Assembly (NCBI GenBank): GCA_963810095.1
Contig: CAWEMM010000006.1
Span: 1,419,353 to 1,483,352, forward strand
From: an uncultured Chloroflexia bacterium
GTDB taxonomy: Bacteria > Chloroflexota > Anaerolineae > CG2-30-64-16
Length of the DNA: 64,000 nucleotides
Direction: 5' to 3'
Under the pieces are notes generated by a model that was not told the DNA's origin, made no database searches, and saw only the letters and a program-made list of their open reading frames with translations. A program made the position numbers and the translations under genes. Shown here one piece after another: positions 1 to 8,821 of this stretch. Numbering within the stretch: the first letter of the stretch is position 1; each line of letters opens with the position of its first letter.

Positions 1-42
1 GCTTTGACCCGCTTACTGACATAAACTATACTGCGCTTTCGC

Positions 43-1416
43 ATGATGCACCAACCTACGCGCGACCCCCGGCCGCGTAAGTCCGATCCCACGCTCTTGC
101 TGGCGTTCCTGCTGCCTGTTTTCGCCTGGGCCCCGCTGACCTACCCCGGCTATTTTGTGTTCCGCAGCGGCTTCCTCCCCATCTTCAACCTGGCCGACCG
201 GCTCGCGCAATTGGGCAATTTCGCCTGGTTGCCCGCCATCGGGACGGGCTACCACCTGCTGAGCGGGGACGGCGGACTGCCCTACCTGCTGGCGGCGGTG
301 CCGGGCGCGTTGGGCGCGAGCCCGGCGAACGCCGTGAAGCTGCTCTTCGGGCTGGCGTTCGTGGCAGGCAGCGTGGGAGCTTATGCATGGACCCGGCGGC
401 TGCTGCCCGACGCATGGGCTGCGCTCGTCGCCGCCGCGGCGTACGTGTTCAGTCCGATCTGGCTGCCCCTCGTGTACGTGCAGGGGGCCCTTGCCGAGGC
501 GGTTTTGCTCGCCCTGCTGCCGTGGGTGTTGTGGGCGGCGGATTGGGCCGCCGAGGGCCAGCGAGCACGCGTCCTGATTCTCGCGCTGCTTGCAGCGGCG
601 TGCTTGTGGACGCAAAGCGCACTGGCATTGGCGTTCCTGGTCACCGTGTTCGTCTATTTGCTCGTCCTGCTCGCTGCCCGACAGATTGCGCGGCAGGGGT
701 TGGTGGCAGCTGCAAGCGGCCTGCTGCTGGGCCTGCTGCTCGGTGCGGTGGGGTGGCTGCCCGTCCTGATTCAACACGGACTGGGTAGGGCCGAGCCATT
801 CGAAGGCTGGCAGTGGGCGGTGCTCCTGGCGCCGTGGGTCGGGCTCCTGGCCGGCTGGGTTGCGCTGAGGCTCGTCGCGATGCTGCCCCCGGATGCGCCG
901 GGCGTGCGCGGCGCTGCTGCCGAGCGGGCGTCTGCGGAGCGCCACAGCCTGTTCGCCGCCCTGATCGGACTCCTGCTGTTGAGCATGGCCGGCAACCTGC
1001 AGCCTGTCGCGGGCGCTGGCCCGGTCGCGACTGCGCCGCTCGCCGTTTTCGGCGCGAACGAGATCGCGCTGTTGAGCGTCGAAACGGAAGGGACGCCCGG
1101 ACCCGGCGGGACCGTCGCGCTCGACGTTGAGTGGCAGGCGCTGAAGCCGCTGGATCGCGATTACACCGTCTTCTTTCATGTGCTCGCCGCGGACGATCAG
1201 CGATACGGGCAGTTGGACACGATGCCGCAGGCGGGCAAGCTCCCCACGTCGCAGTGGCAGCCGGGCGAGGTGATCCGCGACCGTTACCAGGTGGAAATGG
1301 ACCCGAAAGCGCCCATCCGCAGCGATTACAGCTACTGGCTCGGCTGGTACCTGGGTGAGACGGGGAACGCCTGCCCGCGGTGCAGGCGGGCTCGACCGGC
1401 GATAAATTCGTGGTGA
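43..1416 (+). CDS. polytopic membrane protein, paralog-like of the PTPS-related / GT-C-type membrane proteins downstream
   Basis: 457-aa ORF with multiple hydrophobic segments; N-terminal YPGYF motif resembles QPGYF/APGYF of the two downstream paralogs; C-terminal soluble region. Confidence 0.5.
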   Translation: MMHQPTRDPRPRKSDPTLLLAFLLPVFAWAPLTYPGYFVFRSGFLPIFNLADRLAQLGNFAWLPAIGTGYHLLSGDGGLPYLLAAVPGALGASPANAVKLLFGLAFVAGSVGAYAWTRRLLPDAWAALVAAAAYVFSPIWLPLVYVQGALAEAVLLALLPWVLWAADWAAEGQRARVLILALLAAACLWTQSALALAFLVTVFVYLLVLLAARQIARQGLVAAASGLLLGLLLGAVGWLPVLIQHGLGRAEPFEGWQWAVLLAPWVGLLAGWVALRLVAMLPPDAPGVRGAAAERASAERHSLFAALIGLLLLSMAGNLQPVAGAGPVATAPLAVFGANEIALLSVETEGTPGPGGTVALDVEWQALKPLDRDYTVFFHVLAADDQRYGQLDTMPQAGKLPTSQWQPGEVIRDRYQVEMDPKAPIRSDYSYWLGWYLGETGNACPRCRRARPAINSW

Positions 1417-1430
1417 AACCGTGATAGGCT

Positions 1431-3364
1431 ATGGTCCCGATGAGCACTGATTCGATGGCCCGGGCCGGGCGGCGTGCGGAGTGGGTCTATGCGGGCCTCG
1501 TACTGCTGTTTGGCTTGGTCGTGATCGCGCCGCTGTTGCAGCCCGGTTACTTCTGGGGCGCGCACGACGCACGGCACGACGTCTACTTTATCCAGCAGTA
1601 CGGCCTCTCGTTCAAAGAAGGCATCCTCTGGCCGCGCTGGTCGCCCGACTGGACGTTCGGCTACGGCTATCCGTTCTTCACCATCTACGCGCCCTTGTCC
1701 ACTTTCGCGGGCGTGTTGTTCAACCAGGTGGCGGGCCTCGGATACGAGGCAAGCGTCAAGGCGGTGCTGGCGCTCTCGGTGCTCGGCTCCGGGCTGGCGA
1801 TGTACGGCTTCGTGCGCTCGTGGCTGGGCCGGCGTGCCGGGCTGGTCGCCGCAGTCGCCTATATGGCGGTGCCGTATCACCTCGTCAACCTGTTTGTGCG
1901 GGCGGCCCTGGCCGAGTCGGTGGCGCTCGCCTTCCTGCCGCTGGCCCTCTGGGCCTTCAGAGAGGCAGTCGTCCGCCCCCGAATCCGGTCCGTCGTCGCG
2001 GCGGGGTTGACGTTTGGCGCAATCATGTGGACCAGCAACCTCGTGGCGCTGGTCTTCACCCCCGGGTTGGCCGCGTACGTCCTCGTGCTGATCTTGCTGG
2101 AGGCGCGCGGGCGCCAGGCAGAAGGCCGGAGTTTTCTGCGCAGCCTGTGGACGCCCGACACGCTGCGCAGCGTCCTGGCGCCCGGGCTTGCGCTCGCGCT
2201 GGGGCTCGGCCTCAGCGCGGCCTTCTTCGTCCCCGCGCTGGTCGAGCAAGGGTCGTACATCAACAAGACGCAGTGGTTCGGCGATTACTACAATCCCGAG
2301 CAGCACTTTGTCTACTTCAACCAGTTGTTCGATCCGCGTTGGGGCTTCGGCATCAGCCAGGCCGGACCGGACGATGCCGCACAGGGCAGCCTGAGCTACC
2401 AGTTGGGCGCGGCCGCGACGTTGTTCTCGATTATCGCGCTGGCGCTGAGCGGGCGCTTTCGGCCGCGCGTGCGGGCCGAGCTGCGCTTCTGGGGCCTCTG
2501 GCTGGTCGTTGCGGTCTTCCTGATGCTGCCCGTTTCGGTGCTGGCCTGGCGCTACGTGCCCATCGTCCCGTACGCGCAGTTCCCATGGCGCTACCTGATG
2601 CTGGCGATCCTCCCCCTGAGCATCCTGCCGGGCGCACTGATTGCGCTGCCCGGGGCTGCCGACCGGCGTCCTTCGACTGCGCTCCCTTCGGTCGCTCCGC
2701 TCAGGATGCCGGAGGGTGCGGGTGGCGCGCTGGGGGCGTCTTCCCCGCCTTCGTGTTGAGCCTTGTGCTGCTGCTCTCCAGCGCGCCCTACCTCCAGGTT
2801 GAGATTCGCGAGCCGACGGCCGAGCAAGGCCCGGTGTCGATGGCCGCCCTGATGCGCTTCCAGCGCACGAGCGACGAGATGACCGGAGTCACCGCCTGGG
2901 TGGACCCGGCCCAGCGGCCCATTTGGTCGACGATGGCCGACCTGTGGGTGCAGGGGCAGGCAGTCACCAGCCGGGTGGACTACTCGCAGGTGCCGCAGAA
3001 CGAGACGCTGGCGATCAACACGGAAGACGTGGGGACCGCCCACGAACAGATCTTCTTCTATGCCAAGGACCCCGGCAAGTCGATCACGTTCAATCGCTTC
3101 TGGTATCCCGGCTGGACGGCGTGGCTGCTGGATGGGAAGAACGGCCGGCCGGTGCGCAAGTTGGATTTGCAGCGTGAGGACGGGCCGCTTGCACGCATCG
3201 TGGTGCCCATCCCCCAGGGTGAGGGCTACATTTTGCTGCGCTTTGAGGATACACCACTGCGGCGGGTGTCCAAGCTGGTGACGCTGGCATTCGTAATTGG
3301 CCTGTTGGCAATACTGGCGGTCGCGTACGTGCTGAGGCGCCGCCGGTCAGGGAGGAGTGCATGA
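1431..3364 (+). CDS. 6-pyruvoyl-tetrahydropterin-synthase-related (PTPS-related) membrane protein, putative GT-C glycosyltransferase; apparent frameshift near 2650-2760
   Basis: Frame-0 ORF 1431..2759 carries QPGYFWGAHDARHDVYF and a GYGYPFF motif; C-terminal 200 aa continue in another frame (ORF 1481..3364 tail) and align with C-terminus of intact paralog 13038..14936 (FNRFWYPGW vs YYFPGWRATVDG). Confidence 0.6.
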
Positions 3365-3933
3365 TCTCAGATAATTTGTGGACCGGTCCCAACCTGCGTC
3401 TGACCGGCCTGGAGCGATTCGATGCCCGGGCCTTCTCCATGTGGCACAACGATGCGGGCTTTTTGCGGCTGCTCGATGCGGAATATGCGCGCCCCCGCAG
3501 CGAGGACGAGTGCGTCAAGTGGTTCGAGGATTGGCAGCGAGACGCGAAGATGATTGCCTTTGCCGTGCGCCCGCTGGCCGCCGACGACCTGGTTGGCGTC
3601 GTGATGCTGGAAAGCATCCTCTTCCAGCACGGGGTCGCATGGTTGGGCATGGGCTTTGGCAATCGCGAGCAGTGGGGCAAGGGGTACGGCCGCGAAGCGA
3701 TGTCGCTCATCCTCCGGTATGCCTTCAGCGAGCTGAATTTCCACCGGGTGCAAGCCAGCGTGTTCGAATACAACACGCTTTCCATCGGGATGTGCGAGCG
3801 GGCGGGGTTCCGGCGTGAGGGTGTGTTTCGAGAGTTCCTGCTGCGCGACGGCCGGCGCTACGACATGTACCTTTACGGCGTATTACGTGCAGAGTGGGCG
3901 GCCCTGAACGGCGGAGGAGAAGACATTGGCTGA
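3361..3933 (+). CDS. GNAT family N-acetyltransferase (RimJ/RimL-like)
   Basis: 190 aa; acetyl-CoA binding-like motif QWGKGYGREAM; ATGA overlap with upstream gene. Confidence 0.7.
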   Translation: MISDNLWTGPNLRLTGLERFDARAFSMWHNDAGFLRLLDAEYARPRSEDECVKWFEDWQRDAKMIAFAVRPLAADDLVGVVMLESILFQHGVAWLGMGFGNREQWGKGYGREAMSLILRYAFSELNFHRVQASVFEYNTLSIGMCERAGFRREGVFREFLLRDGRRYDMYLYGVLRAEWAALNGGGEDIG

Positions 3934-4738
3934 CGAACGGCCGTTGATCCTGTTGACCAACGACGACGGGATTGCTTCGCCCGGGTTGCTGGCGGCAGCG
4001 GAGGCGGTGTGCGACCTGGGCGAACTGCTAATTGTCGCGCCCGCCACCCAACAGACAGGGATGGGTCGCGGCACGCCGCCGATCCTAAACGGGGCGCTGA
4101 CGGTCGAGACGCTGCGGGTCGGGTGCGAGGACGTCCGTGTGTATGCATTGAACGGCTCGCCCGCGCAGACGGTCGTGATTGCGGTGCTTGGCATCGCGGA
4201 GCGGCGGCCGGCGCTGGTGGTCTCAGGCATCAACCACGGCGAGAACCTGGGCACGGCGGTGACCGGGTCGGGCACGGTTGGGGCGGCGCTGCAGGCGGCC
4301 GAAATGGGGATTCCGGGCTTGGCCGTATCGCTCGAGGTCGAGAAGGTCTACCACTACAACCACGCCGAAGACTTGCACTGGAGCGCGGCCGCGCACTTTA
4401 CGCGCTATTTTGCACAGCGCATGCTGGCCCAGACCATGCCGTTCGACGTCGACGTGCTCAAGGTGGACGTGCCGGCCGAGGCGACTGCCGAGACGCCCTG
4501 GCGTATCACAAGACAGGCGCGGCAGTCGTATTACAAGGTCTATCCGCCAAAGATGCGTCTGGCGCCCGGGCCGCTGGCAGAGCTCGACTATGGGATCGAG
4601 ATCGATTGGGATGACCTGCCGCAGGACACGGACGTCTACGTCTTTGCGCGCGAGCGGGTGGTGTCGGTGACGCCGTTGAGCCAGGATCTGACGTCACGTA
4701 CGGACGTTGCCGGCCTGGAGCGCCTGCTGCGGGGCTAG
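3926..4738 (+). CDS. surE: 5'/3'-nucleotidase SurE
   Basis: LLTNDDGI and SGINHGEN motifs typical of SurE; 270 aa. Confidence 0.85.
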   Translation: MADERPLILLTNDDGIASPGLLAAAEAVCDLGELLIVAPATQQTGMGRGTPPILNGALTVETLRVGCEDVRVYALNGSPAQTVVIAVLGIAERRPALVVSGINHGENLGTAVTGSGTVGAALQAAEMGIPGLAVSLEVEKVYHYNHAEDLHWSAAAHFTRYFAQRMLAQTMPFDVDVLKVDVPAEATAETPWRITRQARQSYYKVYPPKMRLAPGPLAELDYGIEIDWDDLPQDTDVYVFARERVVSVTPLSQDLTSRTDVAGLERLLRG

Positions 4739-4780
4739 TGTTTGGTGGGCGACCGGCCAGAGCATGACGGGGCAAATGGT

Positions 4781-5100
4781 GATGTTTGTTGGGGGCCGTC
4801 TGGCCCCCAACGCCCCCGACGGGGGGCTGCGCCCCCTCGTCCCCCAAAGGTTAAGGGGACGCGTGGCTTCCGCCAATTGGCCCATTTGAGCGTCCACATG
4901 GCGGGGCCAGACGGAAGCGGCTTGCGGGAAACCGGCATTTTGTGGAAGCACGGTTCTGATGCCGACTGCCGTGAGCGAGTCCGGCTGCTGCCCGCTGTCA
5001 ACACGGCCGGGGGCGTTGACCTTGGGGGTTTCGGGGGCAAGGCCCCCGAGGCGGGGGCGGCGGGGCAAGCCTGCCCCCGCCAAGACAAGATGTAGCAAGG
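4781..5100. repeat. dispersed GC-rich hairpin repeat element (REP/MITE-like), copy A
   Basis: Palindromes TTGGGGGCCGTCTGGCCCCCAA, GGGGCTGCGCCCC, GGGGGCAAGGCCCCC; same ordered motifs recur at 14950-15130, 42889-43287 and 58385-58476/61603-61745. Confidence 0.65.
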
Positions 5101-5135
5101 GCGGCGGGGCAAGCCGGCCACAACAGTGAGGTTAA

Positions 5136-6818
5136 TTGACAATGTCGAAACGTCTGCTTGCATTATTCCTGATTCTTCTAGTCAGCCTGGTCCTGGCTGC
5201 GTGCGGCGGGCCGGCCACCCAGCCGCTGAGCTACCGCCCCGCGCCGTGGCAGAGCGGGGAGGTCAGCCGGTACGACCTGGTGGACCGCGGCGGCGCCACC
5301 GTTGGCACGGCCGAGTGGACGTGGCAGCGCGCCGGCGATCAGTGGCGCCAAGGCTACACCGTGACCGTCAACGGCGTGCCAGACACGGGCGAGGTCGTGC
5401 TCGACAACAGCTTGAAGTCGTTGAGCTCGTGGCGCGAGGTGGGCGGCAAGCGCTTCGATACCACGTACGGCGCGAAGACCATCGAGGTCAAGACGACGGC
5501 CGCGGACGGCACGGTCACGACGAAGAGCCTGCCCGCACCGGCCGACGCAATCGACAACGACGTCTCGCTGCAGATTCAGCGGGCAATGCCGCTGGCGGCG
5601 GGCTATGCGACCCGCTACACCGACATTATCCCGACCACGGGCGGCGCGGCGCCCATCGTTCTGAGCGTCACCGGCGCCGAAACGATCACGGTTCCCGCGG
5701 GCACGTTCCCGACGTGGAAGGTCAAGATGGCGGTGGGGTCGACCGCGCACGAGGCGTGGTACGCGCAGCAAGCGCCCTACGCGATGGTGAAATACCTCAA
5801 CTCGGGCTCGGGTGCGCAGTTCGTGCTGACCGGCCTGGCAGGTGCCGCATCTGCGACGGCGTCACAGCCGGCGGCCACCCCGGTTCCGGGCGCGGCTGCA
5901 GTTGCTGGCGAACCGGGGGCCATGGCGCCCATCAACTGGCTCTACCTCGCGCTTGTCGTGTTCATCCAATTGCCCTTCCTGCTTGGCTTGCCGATCGTCT
6001 TGGGCTGGTGGATCAAGCGGCGGTATGGCATCGGCTGGGGGGTGTTCGGGTGGGGCGCACTCTCGTTCATCCTGTCGCAGGTCGTCCATATCCCGCTCAA
6101 CATGGCGCTGGGCCTGATCGGCGCGCCGCCCCGGGGCGTGGCCCTGGCGTCCCCCTTCGTGCTCGGCCTGGTCGCCGGCCTGAGCGCGGCGGTGTGCGAG
6201 GAAGGTATGCGGCTGCTCGTGATCACCGTCTTCGCTAAGAAGATTCGCGGCTGGCGCCCCAGTTTGCAGTTCGGCGCGGGGCACGGCGGCGCGGAGAGCA
6301 TCATTCTCGGCCTGCTGGTGGCCGTGAATCTGATCGGCATCCTGGCCTCGCGCAACCTCGGCGCGATTGGACAAGTGCTGCCCCCCGAGGCAGCCGCACA
6401 ACTGCAGGCCGCGCAGGCCGCATTCTGGGGCCAGAGCCCCTGGATTCCATTCGTCAGCGTGATCGAGCGCATTTCGGCTCTCGCCTTGCAGGTGTCGCTG
6501 GCCGTGCTCGTAGTGGCTTCCGTTACGCGGCGCCGGCCGCTCTACTTCGTCGCCGCGCTTGCGCTGCACACCGTGGTCGATGGTTGGACGATCTGGGCGC
6601 AGCCGCTCGGTGTGGCTGCGATCGAAGCCGGGGTGGCGCTGGCGGGACTCCTGGCCCTGTGGATTATCTGGCGGCTGCGTGAGCAACCCGCTGCCCTCCA
6701 ACCCGTATTAACAGGTGAAGCGGGCAGCAGCCCGGTTCCGAACGCAGCCGACCTGTCCGAGCAGGCGCTTTCACCTGATGAGCTGGCCCGGCGGGCCGAG
6801 CGGTCGCGGTACGAGTAA
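5136..6818 (+). CDS. lipoprotein-domain / YhfC-family intramembrane metalloprotease-like fusion protein
   Basis: N-terminal lipobox (LVLAAC); C-terminal polytopic region with EEGMR and GAGHGGAE motifs characteristic of YhfC family (recalled from family knowledge). Confidence 0.65.
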   Translation: MTMSKRLLALFLILLVSLVLAACGGPATQPLSYRPAPWQSGEVSRYDLVDRGGATVGTAEWTWQRAGDQWRQGYTVTVNGVPDTGEVVLDNSLKSLSSWREVGGKRFDTTYGAKTIEVKTTAADGTVTTKSLPAPADAIDNDVSLQIQRAMPLAAGYATRYTDIIPTTGGAAPIVLSVTGAETITVPAGTFPTWKVKMAVGSTAHEAWYAQQAPYAMVKYLNSGSGAQFVLTGLAGAASATASQPAATPVPGAAAVAGEPGAMAPINWLYLALVVFIQLPFLLGLPIVLGWWIKRRYGIGWGVFGWGALSFILSQVVHIPLNMALGLIGAPPRGVALASPFVLGLVAGLSAAVCEEGMRLLVITVFAKKIRGWRPSLQFGAGHGGAESIILGLLVAVNLIGILASRNLGAIGQVLPPEAAAQLQAAQAAFWGQSPWIPFVSVIERISALALQVSLAVLVVASVTRRRPLYFVAALALHTVVDGWTIWAQPLGVAAIEAGVALAGLLALWIIWRLREQPAALQPVLTGEAGSSPVPNAADLSEQALSPDELARRAERSRYE

Positions 6819-6829
6819 GCGAGGATTCG

Positions 6830-7798
6830 ATGATTCGCACAGAGGCATTATCAAAACACTTCGAGAGCGACGGCCGAACAATCAAGGCCGTCGACGGGCT
6901 GGACCTCCAGGTGCAGGAAGGGGAGGTGTTCGGCTTTCTCGGCCCCAATGGCGCGGGAAAGACGACCAGCGTCCGCCTGCTGACCAGCCTGATTGCGCCA
7001 ACGGGCGGCCGCGCCTGGGTCAACGGCCTGCAGTTGGGCGAGGACGACGCGAAGATCCGGGCCAGCGTCGGCATTCTGACCGAGTCGCCCGGGCTGTACG
7101 AGCGGCTGAGCGCGTTCTATAACCTGCAGATTTTCGGCGAGCTGTACGGGTGCAAGGACCCGAAGGGGCAGGCCGAGAAGTACCTGCGGCTGCTGGAGTT
7201 GTGGGACCGCAAGGACACCGAGGCCGGAACGTTCTCGAAAGGCATGAAGCAGAAGCTGGCCATCGCGCGGGCGTTGCTCCACGAGCCGCCGGTCGTGTTT
7301 CTTGACGAGCCGACCTCGGCGCTTGACCCTGAGTCGGCCAAGACCGTGCGCGAGTTTATCGAGACGCTGCGCGGACAAGGGCGCACCATCTTCCTCTGCA
7401 CCCATAACCTGGACGAGGCGGAGCGACTCTGCGACCGGATCGGCGTGTTCAAGCAGCGGTTGATCGCCGTGGACACGCCCGACGCGCTACGCAAGAAACT
7501 CTTTGGCCGCCAGACCGTGATCCACCTGGCGCCGGGCAGCGAAGCGGGGCGGCTGGCGGGGGCTGTCGAGTGCTTGCCGGGCATCAAGCACGTGGAGACG
7601 CTGCCTGCGGCCGACGGCGAATCGCCCAAGCTGGTGATCAGCCTGAATGAGCCGGCCCAGCAGAACCCTGCCATCGTGCGCGCCCTTATCGAGCAGGGTG
7701 CGGCCATCCAGTTCGTGAATGAGCTTCGGCATTCGTTGGAAGATGTGTACCTGAGCCTGATCCACAGCGGTCCGACCGGAGAAGGGGGCGCCAAGTGA
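6830..7798 (+). CDS. ABC transporter ATP-binding protein
   Basis: Walker A GPNGAGKTT, signature SKGMKQKLAIARAL, Walker B VVFLDEPTSALD. Confidence 0.85.
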   Translation: MIRTEALSKHFESDGRTIKAVDGLDLQVQEGEVFGFLGPNGAGKTTSVRLLTSLIAPTGGRAWVNGLQLGEDDAKIRASVGILTESPGLYERLSAFYNLQIFGELYGCKDPKGQAEKYLRLLELWDRKDTEAGTFSKGMKQKLAIARALLHEPPVVFLDEPTSALDPESAKTVREFIETLRGQGRTIFLCTHNLDEAERLCDRIGVFKQRLIAVDTPDALRKKLFGRQTVIHLAPGSEAGRLAGAVECLPGIKHVETLPAADGESPKLVISLNEPAQQNPAIVRALIEQGAAIQFVNELRHSLEDVYLSLIHSGPTGEGGAK

Positions 7799-8586
7799 GC
7801 GCGATAGGCACAGTGGTTAAGAAAGAGTGGATGGAGGTCCGCCGGAACAAGCTGGTGCTGTCCGTCGTGCTTTTCATCCCACTGCTGATGACGGCGATTC
7901 CGCTCGTGATGATGGGGATTATGGGCCGGGTCGGCGCGAGTGCGAGCGATATGGAAGAAATGAGCATGATGCTCAAGAACCCCATCTTCCAGGGCATGAG
8001 CCCCAACGAAGCCATCCAGGCAACGTTGGCGTCGAACTTCCTTGTGCTCTTCCTGATGATGCCGCTAATGGTGCCGGTGACGATCGCTGCCTACAGCATC
8101 GTGGGCGAGAAGGTTACTCGCTCGCTCGAACCGCTGCTTGCGACGCCCATCAGCACCACCCGGTTGCTGCTGGCAAAGGGGATTGCCGCGGCCGTGCCGG
8201 GCATCCTGGGCGCGTGGATCGCCTACGTGGTTTTCCTGATAGGCGCTCGCTTCCTGGCCGTCAGCGACCAGGTGTTTGCGATCTTTCTGAACCCGATGTG
8301 GTTGGTCGCTATGCTGGTGCTGGCGCCCCTGCTGACGATCATGGCGGTCAACGTTGGCATTATCGTCAGCAGCCGCACGTCAGACCCGCGCGCCGCAGAG
8401 CAGCTCGGCAGCCTGATCATCCTGCCGCTGATGGTGCTGTTTCTCGGCCCGCTGGCCGGCTTCATCCAGCTCAACGTGACCACCTTCATGGTTGCGGCGC
8501 TGATTGCCCTGGCGGCCGACGTCGTACTGGTGTATCTGGGCGTGAAGCTGTTCCAGCGTGAGACGATCCTGACCCGCTGGAAGTAG
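7795..8586 (+). CDS. ABC-2 family transporter permease
   Basis: 263-aa polytopic membrane protein; start overlaps ATPase stop (GTGA); operon position. Confidence 0.75.
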   Translation: MSAIGTVVKKEWMEVRRNKLVLSVVLFIPLLMTAIPLVMMGIMGRVGASASDMEEMSMMLKNPIFQGMSPNEAIQATLASNFLVLFLMMPLMVPVTIAAYSIVGEKVTRSLEPLLATPISTTRLLLAKGIAAAVPGILGAWIAYVVFLIGARFLAVSDQVFAIFLNPMWLVAMLVLAPLLTIMAVNVGIIVSSRTSDPRAAEQLGSLIILPLMVLFLGPLAGFIQLNVTTFMVAALIALAADVVLVYLGVKLFQRETILTRWK

Positions 8587-8744
8587 GGGCATCGCGCACC
8601 CGGCCGCGCATCTCGGCAGTCGATTGAAACACCAAGAACCGAAGAACCAAAGGTGCACGAAGCCCAAGAGGCTTTGCGGACCTTAGGCTTCTTCGGTTCT
8701 TCGTGTGAACGGCCGTCCGCACAGGGGTCTTGCCCGTGTTGACG

Positions 8745-8790
8745 ATCTCGGCGAGGGAACTTATGCTTGAGTTCCCTCGTTTTGTTGGCG
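8745..8790 (+). terminator. putative rho-independent terminator of the ABC operon
   Basis: GGGAACT-TATGCT-AGTTCCC stem followed by TCGTTTTGTTGG U-rich tract. Confidence 0.4.
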
Positions 8791-8821
8791 GGGTTTTTTC
8801 CCATTCAGAGGAGGCGGCGTA

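Noticed and set aside
13-1179. 388-aa minus-strand ORF rich in Arg/Gln/Glu antisense to the first membrane protein gene
   Set aside because: Low-complexity composition typical of spurious antisense ORFs in high-GC DNA; the plus-strand gene has a coherent hydrophobic pattern and paralogs
4742-5095. ORFs lying inside the REP-like repeats (4742..5095 plus, 4735..5163 minus, 42816..43082 minus, 42901..43098 plus)
   Set aside because: They recur only because the repeat recurs; translations are Gly/Pro/Arg junk and change frame between copies
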